Shown here in pieces: positions 12,377 to 25,947 of a stretch of DNA of 64,000 bases. Where the stretch lies: positions 18,972,001 through 19,036,000 of the forward strand of contig OZ024752.1 of NCBI GenBank assembly GCA_964016885.1. Direction: 5' to 3'. Made by a program: the position numbers and the translations under genes. This DNA is from Eledone cirrhosa. Its lineage: Eukaryota. Under the pieces are notes generated by a model that saw only the letters and a program-made list of their open reading frames with translations, had not been told where the DNA came from and did no database searches. Each line of letters opens with the position of its first letter. Positions within the stretch are counted from its first letter, which is position 1.

Positions 12377-15300
12377 TTTCGTTTCTGAATTTGTTTAGCA
12401 AGATTCTTTACCTGAAATCGTGTGTTGAAACCGATATTGTTATACTTTGGGAGGGTCATGTTGCCAATAAGAAACACATGCACCAGTTGCTTTCACTTCA
12501 ATTTATTATATATTTATAAATTCATAAATTTACAAATCTACAAACTTATAAATTATAAATTTCTGGTTGGTTGGTTGGTTCCACAACCAGATAGTTGTTT
12601 ATATATATTGTCACAGTCCTTTCGTCACACACTCTGTGACCTCTTCGGTGACTGGGGATTCCTTTCTTCGTTTCTGTGCCTTTTCTTTCTTCTATCCTAC
12701 GCCATTTTGTTTCTGTGTGTGTGTTGTGTGCTCAGTTTGCGCATGTGCCACATCCGGGTGTCTGTGTGTGTTTGTGTTCATTTTTCTATTTGTTTATTTA
12801 TTTATTGTTGGTTGGTTGTTTGTTCTATGTGTGTGTGTGTTTTCATTCTGTCCTGTGTGTGTTTTCATTTTGTGTGTGTTTTCAATTGTAAGTTGTTTGT
12901 TCTATGTGTGTGTGTGTTTTCATTTTGTCCTTAATTGTAAGTTGTGATGTTGCTGTTCCACTCATATTTTCTATTTAATTTTGGTTTTAATTCTTTTATG
13001 CTTACTGCCTCTGTAATTTGCCTAAACATTGCGTCTTTTCTGTGCGTAGATTCTATTTTTATTTCTATGCTCTCTAATCTACCCCTGTGTTCTATCTTAG
13101 CATGTTGGTAGAGCACAGATGATTCTTTATTATCTTGGAGGTCTCGCCAGTGTTCATTTATTCGTTCCCTTATACTACGAGCTGTCTCACCTATGTACAC
13201 TATATTTTTGTTTCTACATTGTCCTTCAGTACATCTTATGCTATACACTACATTTCTAGTTTTACAGTTAATATGGGGGCTTATTTTACAGGTTATACAT
13301 TTCTTATCTATACATGAGGGTCTTTGGAACGGGTATGTCTTGCTAATAAGTGTTTTTACGGAGGTACCAGGTCTTTCTACTATCTTAATATTGAGATTAT
13401 GTTTATTTAGGGCCCTTCTAAATTTGTAGGCTAGTTCGCCTCTAGGGGTTGTATTGATGAACATTACACTCTGGTATCTATTGCTATCATACCATGAGTT
13501 TATTCTATTGGCCTTGTTCCTAGTTCTTTCTATTCTATTCCAAAATTTGCTCCTATACAAGGGGCAGGTCCCATTTATGTCATTATTTACCATTTTTTCC
13601 CATTTGGTTCTGGCTCCTTTATACACTCTGATTCTATCTCTCTGATTGTAGCCAGAGAACTGCATACGGTGGATGAAGTGTTGTATGTGTCTCTCTAGTT
13701 CTTCGGGGTTGCACATGCGGGACACATTTCTCATCACCCGTACCAAATCCGCAATCAGTATGTTGATTTTGGTATGGTCCGAAATGGCCGAGTTTCGGTG
13801 GATCAGATGTTTGGAAGTCATGGGTTTGGCATAATGGGAATGGAGGATTTGTTTTTGGTTGTTAATGGTATCTAACCAGAGCTCTGTGTCTAGTACAGGT
13901 AATCGATGGTTGGGGTGTCTACTTGGGTAGTCTATAGTAACTCTAATGCTCTGGTGGATGGAGTTTGCTATTTGCTGGATGCTTTCCATTGTCTTTTTCT
14001 CTAGTTCGTAGAAATGATCAGCGTAGAAATGATCAGCGAGAGCAAGGTTGAGTTCCGTGGGATTGATACCAGTGAGCTGGGACTTCTACTTAAGCTTACC
14101 CATAGTAATAGTTACCTAGACACTTATGACCTTAGCAACCTGTGCCCTACAAGACCAGCAAGAGGCAGACCACCTACCATTACCTCAATGGCCAAGAAAA
14201 CCCACACAGATAGATGGAACGGGTGGACCAGAGCCATACGGACACCGAAAACCACGATGAACTGAAGAAAATGATTGCACATGCGGTAGGGGCCAGCATA
14301 AAATTAACCCTTAAGGAACATATGTTCAAATTTAATGGTAAAACATATGCCCAAGAGGAAGGAGCAGCCATTGGTGTTAGCATTGCAGGCGACATAGCTA
14401 ACTTATTCATGGTATGGTGGGACAGTAGACTTAAACAAAAACTTAATGAACAATTAGAAGACAGCTTAACCCTGATAATGTACTCCCGCTACGTAGATGA
14501 TATAAACATCGTAGTTAAGACACCCCCACTAAAGAACAGTCAGGAACTAGAGAAAAAGACAATGGAAAGCATCCAGCAAATAGCAAACTCCATCCACCAG
14601 AGCATTAGAGTTACTATAGACTACCCAAGTAGACACCCCAACCATCGATTACCTGTACTAGACACAGAGCTCTGGTTAGATACCATTAACAACCAAAAAC
14701 AAATCCTCCATTCCCATTATGCCAAACCCATGACTTCCAAACATCTGATCCACCGAAACTCGGCCATTTCGGACCATACCAAAATCAACATACTGATTGC
14801 GGATTTGGTACGGGTGATGAGAATGTGTCCCGCATGTGCAACCCCGAAGAACTAGAGAGACACATACAACACTTCATCCACCGTATGCAGTTCTCTGGCT
14901 ACAATCAGAGAGATAGAATCAGAGTGTATAAAGGAGCCAGAACCAAATGGGAAAAAATGGTAAATAATGACATAAATGGGACCTGCCCCTTGTATAGGAG
15001 CAAATTTTGAATAGAATAGAAAGAACTAGGAACAAGGCCAATAGAATAAACTCATGGTATGATAGCAATAAATACCAGAGTGTAATGTTCATCATACAAC
15101 CCCTAGAGGCGAACTAGCCTACAAATTTAGAAGGGCCCTAAATAAACATAATCTCAATATTAAGATAGTAGAAAGACCTGGTACCTCCGTAAAAACACTT
15201 ATTAGCAAGACATACCCGTTCCAAAGACCCTCATGTATAGATAAGAAATGTATAACCTGTAAAATAAGCCCCCATATTAACTGTAAAACTAGAAATGTAG

Positions 15301-16035
15301 TGTATAGCATAAGATGTACTGAAGGACAATGTAGAAACAAAAATATAGTGTACATAGGTGAGACAGCTCGTAGTATAGGGGAACGAATAAATGAACACTG
15401 GCGAGACCTCCAAGATAATAAAGAATCATCTGTGCTCTACCAACATGCTAAGATAGAACACAGGGGTAGGAGCATAGAAATAAAAATAGAATCTACGCAC
15501 AGAAAAGACGCAATGTTTAGGCAAATTACAGAGGCAGTAAGCATAAAAGAATTAAAACCAAAATTAAATAGAAAATATGAGTGGAACAGCAACATCACAA
15601 CTTACAATTAAGGACAAAATGAAGACACACACACACATAGAACAAACAACTTACAATTGAAAACACACACAAAATGAAAACACACACAGGACAAAATGAA
15701 AACACACACACACATAGAATGAACACAAACACACACAGACACCCGGATGTGGCACATGCGCAAATAACACACACACAGAAACAAAATGGCGTAGGATAGA
15801 AGAAAGAAAAGGCACAGAAACGAAGAAAGGAATCCCCAGTCACTGAAGAGGTCACAGAGTGTGTGACGAAAGGACTATGACTATATATATAAACAACTAT
15901 CTGGTTGTGGAACCAACCAACCAACCAGAAATTTATAATTTATAAGTTTGTAGATTTGTAAATTTATGAATTTATAAATATATAATAAATTGAAGTGAAA
16001 GCAACTGGTGCGTGTGTTTCTTATTGGCAACATGA
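12377..16035. mobile_element. Penelope-like element inserted as an inverted (tail-out) pair: minus arm ~14006 to 12377, plus arm ~14007 to 16035
   Basis: The minus ORF 12931-13989 (thumb + GIY-YIG) mirrors the frameshifted plus ORFs 14014-15611 ([14 protein letters not shown]). The terminal repeats are inverted and both ends sit in (TA)n. Confidence 0.92.
15838..15882 (+). ncRNA. Minimal type I hammerhead ribozyme motif in PLE terminal repeat
   Basis: agtca-CTGAAGA-g-gtcaca(gagtg)tgtgac-GAAA-ggac-TA^tgact; stem I is agtca/tgact. The mirror copy near 12610-12654 has core substitutions. Confidence 0.75.
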
Positions 16036-16123
16036 CCCTCCCAAAGTATAACAATATATATATATTATTATATATATATATATTATTATATATATATATA
16101 TATTATTATATATATATATATAT

Positions 16124-16165
<42 letters not shown>

Positions 16166-16324
16166 ATATATATATATATATATATATTATTATTATATAT
16201 ATATATATATATATATTATTATATATATATATATATATATATTATTATATATATATATATATATATTATTATTATATATATATATATATATATATTATTA
16301 TATATATATATATATATATATTAT

Positions 16325-16356
<32 letters not shown>

Positions 16357-16419
16357 ATATATATATATTATTATATATATATATATATATATATATTATT
16401 ATATATATATATATATTAT

Positions 16420-16450
<31 letters not shown>

Positions 16451-16473
16451 ATATATATATATATATATATTAT

Positions 16474-16504
<31 letters not shown>

Positions 16505-16525
16505 ATATATATATATATATATTAT

Positions 16526-16556
<31 letters not shown>

Positions 16557-16635
16557 ATATATATATATATATATATTATTATATATATATATTATTATAT
16601 ATATATATTATGATATATATATATTATTATATATA

Positions 16636-16673
<38 letters not shown>

Positions 16674-16840
16674 ATATATATATATATTATATATATATAT
16701 ATATACATATATACATATATTATTATATATATATTATATTATATATATATATATATATTATTATATATATATATATTATATATATATATATATACATATA
16801 TACATATATTATTATATATATATTATATATATATATATAT
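16035..16840. repeat. (TA)n/(TTA)n mosaic microsatellite
   Basis: Directly visible. Confidence 0.95.
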
Positions 16841-18143
16841 CATCATCATCATCATCATCAGCGTTTAACGTCCGTGTTCCACGCTTGCATGGGTTTGGAC
16901 GGGGGTAGTCCCACTTGAGGCAAGAGTGATTGTCTTGCTCGCATAGGACTGTCTGGCAGGTTTTCTACAGTTGGATGCCCTTCCTAACACCAACCACATT
17001 TACAGTGTGGGTCTGGGAGGTTTTTACCGTGTTGCCTACACGGCCACATTACAGCGTGGACTGTGTGTTTTTTTGTCGTGACACCTACACGATCTCATTT
17101 GTTTCGGCCTCGATGGCGCGGCACCAACATAACTTTACATAGAACGGGGTGGTGTGGATCGGGTGGGGGTGGTGGGACGGGGTGTATTTGTTAGAGATGC
17201 CTACTGGCTGGAGTAGGTTTTACTATATATTTAGGTAAGGCGGGGTCTTCTCTGTTACTGAGTACCGCCAAAGGTCTCGGTCCAGTGACATTGTCTTGGA
17301 GAGGTGTAAGTGTGTGATGTCGGAGTTTATCAGCTCGTCCCAGGTTTTTCTAGGTCTGCCTATTCCGTGACTACCGTCTATCTTTATTGCCCTGCACTTT
17401 GTTATACAGCTATCGACTTTCATGCGCATCACGTGTCCATACCAACGTAGCCTTCTCTCGAGTAAACAACATCTGATCCCTCTTATCTCTAATTTATTCC
17501 TTAGTTCGTTTATGCTTTGCCGTTCACGTATATTACTGTTACACATCCAGCGGAGCATGCAAGCTTCGTTCCTCTCTAGTCTGCGTATATCCTCTGCACA
17601 CAATGCCCAGGTCTCACTGCCATGCAGCATTGCTGTTCGTATGCAGGCATCGTACAACCTGCCTTTCATTTTTAGTGAGAACCCTTTAGCAGCTAATAGT
17701 GGTATAAGCTCTCTGAACTTTTTCCAACCAGTTCTGACTCTAGCTACAGTACTTTCAGAGCACCCTCCCCCACTGCTGATTTTATCGCCCAGGTAACGGA
17801 AGCTGTCCACTATTTCTATAGAACCCTCTGCGCAATTGAAAGAGCTAGTAGTTTGTGGGCACTTGCTGCTACTTATTGCACCAGAGCACCGGCCACATGT
17901 AAAATCTATGTTCTTAGTTAGCCTACCTGTGATCCCACTACATCTTTTATGCACCCATACTTTGCATTTAGGACATAAAATGGAGTTTCTACCTACGCCT
18001 TTCCTACACACCGAGCACGACCATTTCCCAGAAGGGACCGCCGCCTTGTTTTCTTTCCTACAAACTAGTACTTTGGTCTTAGCCAGGTTAATTTTAAGTC
18101 CTTTTGACTCTAGGCCGTGCTTCCATGTTTGGAATTTCTTCTC
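16841..18143 (-). mobile_element. RTE LINE subfamily A, second 5'-truncated copy
   Basis: Near-identical to 3178-4455 and open from EKKFQTW through the PHD finger to VTEKT. A small insertion lies near 17208-17236; the copy is truncated into the TA array 18144-18620. Confidence 0.92.
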
Positions 18144-18204
18144 TATATATATATTATTATATATATATATATTATATATATACATATATACATATATTAT
18201 TATA

Positions 18205-18236
<32 letters not shown>

Positions 18237-18254
18237 TATTATATATATATATAT

Positions 18255-18287
<33 letters not shown>

Positions 18288-18339
18288 TATTATATATATT
18301 ATATATATATATATATACATATATACATATATTATTATA

Positions 18340-18382
<43 letters not shown>

Positions 18383-18445
18383 ATATATACATATATACAT
18401 ATATTATTATATATATATTATATATATATATATATATACATATAT

Positions 18446-18496
<51 letters not shown>

Positions 18497-18510
18497 ATAT
18501 ATACATATAT

Positions 18511-18547
<37 letters not shown>

Positions 18548-18585
18548 TTATTATATATATATATATACATATATACATATATTAT

Positions 18586-18624
<39 letters not shown>

Positions 18625-18958
18625 TTTTTGTTTAACATCCACTTTCCCTGCTAACAAGGGTTGGATGGGTCTACATAAACCAAATCAGTACTGAAGCGGG
18701 ACTATTGTTCTCGCAGACAGACCACAGATTTGTCATCTCACTTATGTATGGTCTCATGTTCTTCCGAGTGCACAGGAGAAGTTGTCATATCTTCAACACA
18801 ACTGAGGGTCGTCCCAAACATTTGGCAAGCTTTTTACGGCTGGATGCCCTTCTTATCACCAACCAGTTTACAGTGTGTATAGGGTATGTTTATTGTGTGG
18901 GTCATCAAACACTAGGGAGGCTGCCATGTTCTTGACACAACTGAAGGGTCCTATCAAC

Positions 18959-19030
<72 letters not shown>

Positions 19031-19255
19031 TCATCATCGTTTAATGTCTATCTTTCATGGTAGAATGGGTTAATATATACACACACACACATACTTTTGC
19101 CTGAGTGTCGATACAGGCAAACAATAGTCCACAAGATGTGTTTCAGCTGAATATCCAAGCAGTCATTCCAGTTATACCCCCCCCCCCCCCCAGGTCTATA
19201 TTAATAGCATGACATAGTTTGTTCATTATATCAGTCAATCCAGCTTGTTATTGTG

Positions 19256-19590
19256 TCATTCTCCCCTTTTTCTCTTGTTCTCCTGTTTCCTTTGGTTTTC
19301 AATATTGATGCTTACATGATGGATTAGCTTCCACCATATTGATCTGTCATCGACATAATGTCTCCAGCAGTGAAGAATGTTACTTTTTCTCAAAATATCC
19401 TTGATCAGGTCCTTATACCTGAAGAGAGGGCGTCCTACATGTCGAGCACCATCCTCAAGCTCACCAAAAAGAAGTTTCTTTATAGATCTACGACCATCCA
19501 CGTATATGACATGGCCAACTGATCTGAGTCTATTCCTTATGAGGATAGTTTCGATGTTTCAGTACCTCATTGTTTGTGACAAAGTGGTCC
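19256..19590 (-). mobile_element. Degenerate RTE/BovB-like LINE 3' fragment (distinct lineage)
   Basis: RLRSVGHV...IKKLLFGELEDGARHVGRPLFRYKDLIKD...DRSIW is typical of RTE ORF C-termini. Confidence 0.7.
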
Positions 19591-20637
19591 CATTCACTTA
19601 AATAGCAACAGCTGTCGTTATTTAGAGTGTGTAAGATTTCACTTAATAGTGAGTAGAATGACTTGGAAAATCTTTGTTCACATAAAAAAAGTAATAAAAA
19701 TACTGACAATAAAATATCTGTTGTAGTTTGCTGGTTAGTCAGAGTATTTCTTCATGACATGCATCCATTTTACATGTGTAGGAACAAGAAGAAAAGGAAG
19801 TAGTAAGAGTTATCCAACTTGGAATTAAAAAGTTTCAACTAAAATGTTTAATGAAGTGAAATAAAGGTGGATGATGATGAATTTGTAGAGAGAGATTGTA
19901 AGGCTGTACGTAAGTGAGATGCCGAGCCCCTAGCCTGTCTGGGAGGTCACTAATAAATATTGCCTGTACAGGTAATCAAAGTGTATATATTTTTGTGGGA
20001 CATGCTGTATATATCTATATATTTTATTACAACAATTCCTTTTCAAAAGTGACTTGGTCTATGTAGACCCATCCAACCCTTGCTAGCAAGGAAAGCAGAC
20101 ATCAAACGATGATGATGAAAGTGAAAGAGATATCTGGTTTAGAATAGATACACCACATCCCTGCATGGTGTAAGAAGCAACTAAAAGGGTTGGTGTCAGG
20201 AAAGGCATCCAGCTGTAAACCTTCCTCAAAATGCCCCTCCAACCCATGTCAGCATGGAAAAGTTGACTTAAAAAACAATAATGATGATGAATGAATCCAT
20301 TTATGGGAAAAGAACACCCAGAGAGAGAATGAGGTTTGTTGAAGAATGGGTGTGTTGTGGTATGGCAGAAAAAGAATTGTAATAAAATATATGGATATAT
20401 ATTTCTATAATTTAGTTTAGAATTTGCTGGGGTACTGCCTTGACAGGATGTAGTTGATCATATTGACCTCAATACTTATCAAGTCTGGTACATATTTTAT
20501 CAATCTCTTTTTGATGGTTTGATAGGTCACAGGACATAAACATGGACACACACACATTGCACATGCACACACAAACACACATACAGCAGTTTAGAAGATT
20601 ATAGAGTTACTGTTACACTAAACAATTATATATATTG

Positions 20638-20677
<40 letters not shown>

Positions 20678-20734
20678 GGTGTATATGTGCAAGAAAATTG
20701 CGTCCGTAAATCAGAGACGAGCTTACATACTGAG

Positions 20735-20826
20735 GCATATCTGAGGATCTTTCGATTCCAGAGTCAGGTTCGATCAATAATAGATCGTTCCTCGAGCTGA
20801 TCAACAGTGAAACATATGTAATATGT
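20735..20826 (+). ncRNA. Type I hammerhead ribozyme-like motif with long stem II, in a solo PLE-like terminal fragment (~20678-20880)
   Basis: gcatat-CTGAGGA...GAAA-catatg-TA^atatgt; stem I is gcatat/atatgt and stem III is the perfect palindrome acatatgt. Stem II is imperfect. Confidence 0.6.
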
Positions 20827-20894
20827 TATTAAATATGTTATGATGCAACACTAACTCTTTGTTCCTTTCTTCTTATACTATATATATATATATA

Positions 20895-21260
20895 AATAGG
20901 AAAAAGTATGACCCCGACGGCAGAGCTCAAGCCGTTTCGACGGCTATTTCTGGACTAAATTAGAATTTTTAGCTTTGTGAATAAATAGCCGAACTTGTCA
21001 AGGGGGTCCTTCCTTATATGGGAAGATTGTAGTTGTCAAGAGGATTGGTTAAAATTTGTTGTAAACACAAATAAGTCTATCATGGGTCGGCTATTTATTC
21101 ACCAGGCTAAAAATTCTAATTTAGTCCAGAAATAGCCGTCGAAACGGCTTGAGCTCTGCCGTCGGGGTCATACATTTTCCTATTTCCCACTCTACTACTC
21201 TAAGTATTGAGTACTCTGGTGCGTTATGGTCCATCTGGTTCCTTACCACATTTCCTTTGT
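20895..21260. mobile_element. Inverted-repeat element (~100 bp arms at 20895-20991 and 21087-21185) with one-sided 3' extension; probably a PLE terminus pair
   Basis: aaataggaaaaagtatgaccccgacggc... mirrors ...gccgtcggggtcatacattttcctattt. The extension contains actctaagtattgagt; both flanks are (TA)n. Confidence 0.65.
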
Positions 21261-21537
21261 TATATATATATATATATGCAAGTAGTTCTATAACGGTTAA
21301 CCATTGCCGAGGACAAATGTAAGGTGAAACAATTCTAAACTTATCCCATGGACTGAGTGATCTACATCTTTTGTTCAGACCCTTGCATGCTAAAGGTAGA
21401 ATTTTGTTGTTTCTTTCTGCTGATTCTATGCTAGACTTTCCTTTAAATGTCCCTTTTATTTCATATATTCACATGGCTATAATAATCATTACTGGCTGTG
21501 TATTTTGTAATTTATAATCCAGATGTAGGTACTTTTC

Positions 21538-21934
21538 ATCATCATCATCATCACCGTTTTACGTCCGTTCTTCCACGCTAGCATGGGTTAGATGGGTTGT
21601 CCTGTTGTGGGCAGTGTCTGGTCGGCTGACCATGCCTTGCTCATACAGGAACTGATCTGGCTTGATTTCTACAGCTGGATGCCCTTCCTAACACCAACCT
21701 CATTTACAGTGAGTGCTGGGTGCTTTTTCGTGGCGCCTACACGTCCACTTTACAGTGTGGGCTGGGTGCTTTTTTGCCGTGGCACCTCCACGACCACCTT
21801 GCAGTGGGGGGAGTGGGGGCATATTGTTTATATGCTTCAGCATGTATCCATGGGAGGTCGGGTACCCTGTATTACTGCGTGACGCCAGAGGTCACGGTCG
21901 TGTGTCATTGTCTTTGAGAGGTGTAGTTGGGTAA
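21538..21934 (-). mobile_element. RTE subfamily B 3' fragment
   Basis: Reverse complement of 10367-10758. Confidence 0.87.
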
Positions 21935-21947
21935 TATAATATAATAT

Positions 21948-22123
21948 AATTGTTTCTACTTTTGGCACAAGGCCAGCAATTACCCAATACATTACTGGTA
22001 CTTTATTTTATCGACCCCGTAAGGATGAAAGGCAAAGTTAACCTCGGCGGGATTTGAACTCAGACCGTAAAGGGACGTAACTATGCTGGAAAGCATGGCG
22101 TCCGACTCTCTACTGATACTGCC
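21948..22123 (-). mobile_element. tRNA-derived SINE (family 1)
   Basis: Reverse complement of the family 1 consensus seen at 9673. Confidence 0.85.
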
Positions 22124-22510
22124 ATATAATATAATATATATTTATATAAATATCTATTTATATATATCTATAATATATATATATATATATATAAAATATT
22201 TATTTTTTCACTTCATCTTAAAAGTTTTGCTAATACAACAACCTATCGCTTAGGGCTTTCTCTTTCGCTTTCTCTTTTCTCCTCTTTCTCTCTTTCTCTT
22301 TTCTTGTTTTCTTATTTTCCTCTTAAAGCTGCTTTTTTCTTTTTTCTCTTTCCCTCTCTCCATACCCCAACGGCTTATTTTAAATATCCGACACTAATTT
22401 GCATAATAGTATAAATAAATTTATAACCCCACTATCCGGGAGCTTCCAACAGAAATGGTCGCATTCTTTAAGGGTATGTCACTATTTATTTATAAAACTG
22501 ATCTATATTA

Positions 22511-22575
22511 TATTTTATCTGATGAAAGCACACCATAATTTAACTTGGTGTCCTTGAAATATGTACAATGAAATA
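22511..22575 (+). ncRNA. Type I hammerhead motif in the 5' pLTR (cleavage triplet mutated from ATA to ACA)
   Basis: tattttat-CTGATGA-aagcacacca...tggtgtcctt-GAAA-tatgtACA-atgaaata. Confidence 0.65.
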
Positions 22576-22755
22576 AATATGGTTTTATAAATATAGTTTC
22601 CATTTGTTAATATATCGTATTTTTACTCCAATAATTTGTTGAGTGCTTTATTTCAGTTATAAAAATATTTGCTTGTTGTATCCCAACAATTTAAATAGAA
22701 CTTCTACATATATTCTGCTCCTTTATTGTCGAGCGCTTTATATTATAACTGAAAA

Positions 22756-24931
22756 ATGGAATTCTTTAAGATCTCTTCTTCTCTAAAGGACATACCTTTA
22801 CCTAGGAATAAAGACTTTATTAAACAATTAATAGAAAAATCAGACTCTTTTATAAGAAGAATCAGGTGGCGTGCTTTCCACTTCGATAAATCTGATGTAA
22901 ATGAGAATGTTTCCAATCTTGATAAAATCTTCAAATCTAAAAAAAATCCACCCCCCAACAAACTACTAATGAATGGATTTTGAAAGTGAAATCATATCTA
23001 TTATCCAAAGCATCAAATTCAAAAAGGCCAGGATTACCTAAGAAATATCAAAAATAATATTGAAAACTTGGAGAAAACAGAAAAAATTCTAGTCAAGTCA
23101 GACAAAACCAATAATCTTTACGGAATACAAAAGGACATCTATAACGATCTTATATTAAAGGAATTAAGGAAGAAATACAAAATAACAACTTATGACGACC
23201 TTGAAAAATTGAATACAGATGCCTCTTATATAATGCATGAATTAGGCATTGAAAATAGGACACAACCCTTCATGCCAAGGAAACCTAAAATGAATATGAA
23301 GGACCATAAAAGGAACTTTGAAACTGAATTACCAGTCAGATTAATTGCACCATCTAAATTTGACCTTGGCATACTTAGCAAGAATATTTTAGACAGAATA
23401 ATACCACAAATTAAAGAATTATCTTATTTAAAATTATGGAAAGGAACTAATGAAGTTATCGAATGGTTTAAGGAAATTAAATATAACTACAATAATAAGT
23501 TTATTCAATTGGATATTGCTAATTATTACTCATCCATCACTCCTAATCTACTTAACAAAGCACTAACATATGCATTTAAATATACAGACTTAACTAGTAA
23601 TGAAATGCACATTATCTTAACGGCACGGAAAACATTAATATAATTTAACAACCAACTCTGGACTAGAGCAGATAGAAAGAATAATTTCGATATCACTATG
23701 GGATCATCCGATTCCGCTCAGGTAACGGATCTTGTGGGCCTCTTTATAAATAATTCTCTACATAGAAAAATACCTGAGATGACCGGAAGTTTATATCGTG
23801 ACGACATGCTTTTACTTATCGAAAATAATAACTGTGAATTAAATAGGAAAAGAAAAGAAATTATACAATTTTTTAATTACCTTAATCTAAAAGTAGAAAT
23901 AGAGAATAACCATAAAATAGTTAATTTTCTAGATTAAACCTTAACACATGTCTTCATTATCCTTTTCACAAACTAAACGAGAACTTAAACTACGTTAATT
24001 TTAACTCTAATCACCCCAGATCCGTTAAAAATACTATAGTGAATTCTGTACAGCAATGCATTTCTAGAATTTCAGCTAATAGGAATATATTTGATGATAA
24101 AGCACATTATTACAACAAAGCGTTAGGTAGAGCTGGATATAGAAATAAAATTAAATACATTGATAATAATAATATAACAACTAACCATAATCCTAACAAT
24201 TTTAACAACTATAATAGAAAACCTTACAATAATTCGGAAAACAAAAAAAGAAATAGAACTAGGAATATATTATGGTTCGCTCCTCCTTTCTCATTAAATA
24301 TTAAAAATCCTATTGCTAAACTATTTTTTAAAGCTCTTGACAAATGCTTCCCTAGAACACAGATATTACTCAATTTTTAATAGACATACTATAAAATTAA
24401 CTTATTCATCCACCAAAAATTTACCGCAGAATATTAATAGAATTAATAATAGAAATTTAAAACCTAACCAAAATACCAATAATAACCCCAGCAATATCCA
24501 ATTTGATAAATGTAACTGTAGAAATAAATCTAATTGCCCGTTAAATAACAATTGCTTAGCTAAAAATATAGTATATAATTGTAATGTAATAACTAATTTA
24601 AATTCATTTAATTATGTAGGATCTACTTCCACAGATTTTAAATCTCGTTTTAATAACCATAAAAGCTCTTTTACGCATTTAAACAAAATAATCTTCAACT
24701 TCTCTATCTAGCTTATGGGACCTCAAATTAAAGAACGTTAAATATTCGTTACTTTGGAATATTATTTCAAAAGCTACTCCTTTTAATTCCTCTTCAGAAA
24801 ATTGTGATCTTTGTATAGAGGAAATATTCTTTATATTAAAAAGCAAAAATTCCCTAAATGTAAGAAGCAATCTATTCAGTTGCTGCAGACATAGATTGAA
24901 CTCAACGTTTAAATATAAATTTAAAACGTAA
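22756..24931 (+). pseudogene. PLE RT-GIY-YIG polyprotein with stops and frameshifts
   Basis: Collinear ORF fragments 22756-22983, 23068-23643, 23698-23937, 24039-24380 and 24313-24711, plus a final frame ending at TAA 24929-24931. Confidence 0.88.
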
Positions 24932-25947
24932 TATATAATTAATTCTATTAATATATTGAACCTATCGATAAATCATTAGATTCCTTCATTTGACTGCTTA
25001 AACTCTCAAATATAAAAATCTTTTCATAGAAAATTTTTCTAGATAAACATACCGAAAGCTCTTAAAAGGTGAACATATTTTTTTTGAAAATTTCTCTTTC
25101 TTTTTCTTTGAAAATTTGTTTGTATTATAACATAAGGTTTCTATAATCTTAAATTTCCTTTGTTATCTTGACATTTATAACATTTAATATAGGTAAATAA
25201 CTTAATTTCCTTCACGCTGTTTTGCTATTACATAGAAATGTTTTTCTCCGGGTTTTTTTCTCTGGTTTCTCAGAAAAATATATAAATTTAAGAAAATTCC
25301 TATATCTTATACATAAAAAGTCCTTTATCTATGTGTATGGTATGTGTAGGTATGTATATATATATATTTATATGTATGTGTGCGTACGTATATATATGAA
25401 TATATTCTTTTAATAATATATGGGTTTTAATAATATATAGATTTTTAATAATGTATATATCTCAACTTTTAATGTATAGATCTCAATAATTTGATGGATA
25501 ATTTAATTGATAAACTAAACATTTAATCATATTTAAACAGTGGTTAAAATTAATTTTCCATTCACGCTTATTTACTTATTTACTTGACTCATCCAAAAAT
25601 ATTTATTTTTTCACTTCATCTTAAAAGTTATGCTAATACAACAACCTATCGCTTAGGGCTTTCTCTTTCGCTTTCTCTTTTCTTTTTTTCTTCTCTTTCT
25701 CTCTTTCTCTTTTTCTTGTTTTCTTATTTTCCTCTTAAAGCTGCTTTTTTATTTTTTGTTTTTTCTCTTTCCCTCTCTCCATACCTCAACAGCTTATTTT
25801 AAATCTACTGTGATTTAAAAATATCCGACACTAATTTGCATTATAGTATAAATAAATTTATAACCCCACTATCCAGGAGCTTCCAACAGAAATGGTCGCA
25901 TTCTTTAAGGGTATGTCAATATTTATTTATAAAACTGATCTATATTA

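Larger units (their letters stand above)
8845..12377. repeat. Mosaic (TA)n/(TTA)n microsatellite arrays interrupted by retroelement copies
   Basis: Directly visible; this is the source of the Ile/Tyr-rich pseudo-ORFs. Confidence 0.95.

Noticed and set aside
15001-15012. In-frame TGA in a PLE ORF as possible selenocysteine recoding
   Set aside because: The mirror arm reads TTT TGG AAT (FWN); the TGA results from a 1-nt deletion.
11925-17170. Apparent larger inverted duplication (RTE-A UTR, TA, PLE | PLE, TA, RTE-A UTR)
   Set aside because: The PLE arms are asymmetric (extension on one side only), and the left RTE-A copy shares variants with both other copies; independent insertions explain it better.
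9165-18694. Long Ile/Tyr-rich ORFs (e.g. 9165-9815, 11248-11901, 16008-16613)
   Set aside because: These are translations of (TA)n/(TTA)n arrays that lack stops in some frames; they are not proteins.
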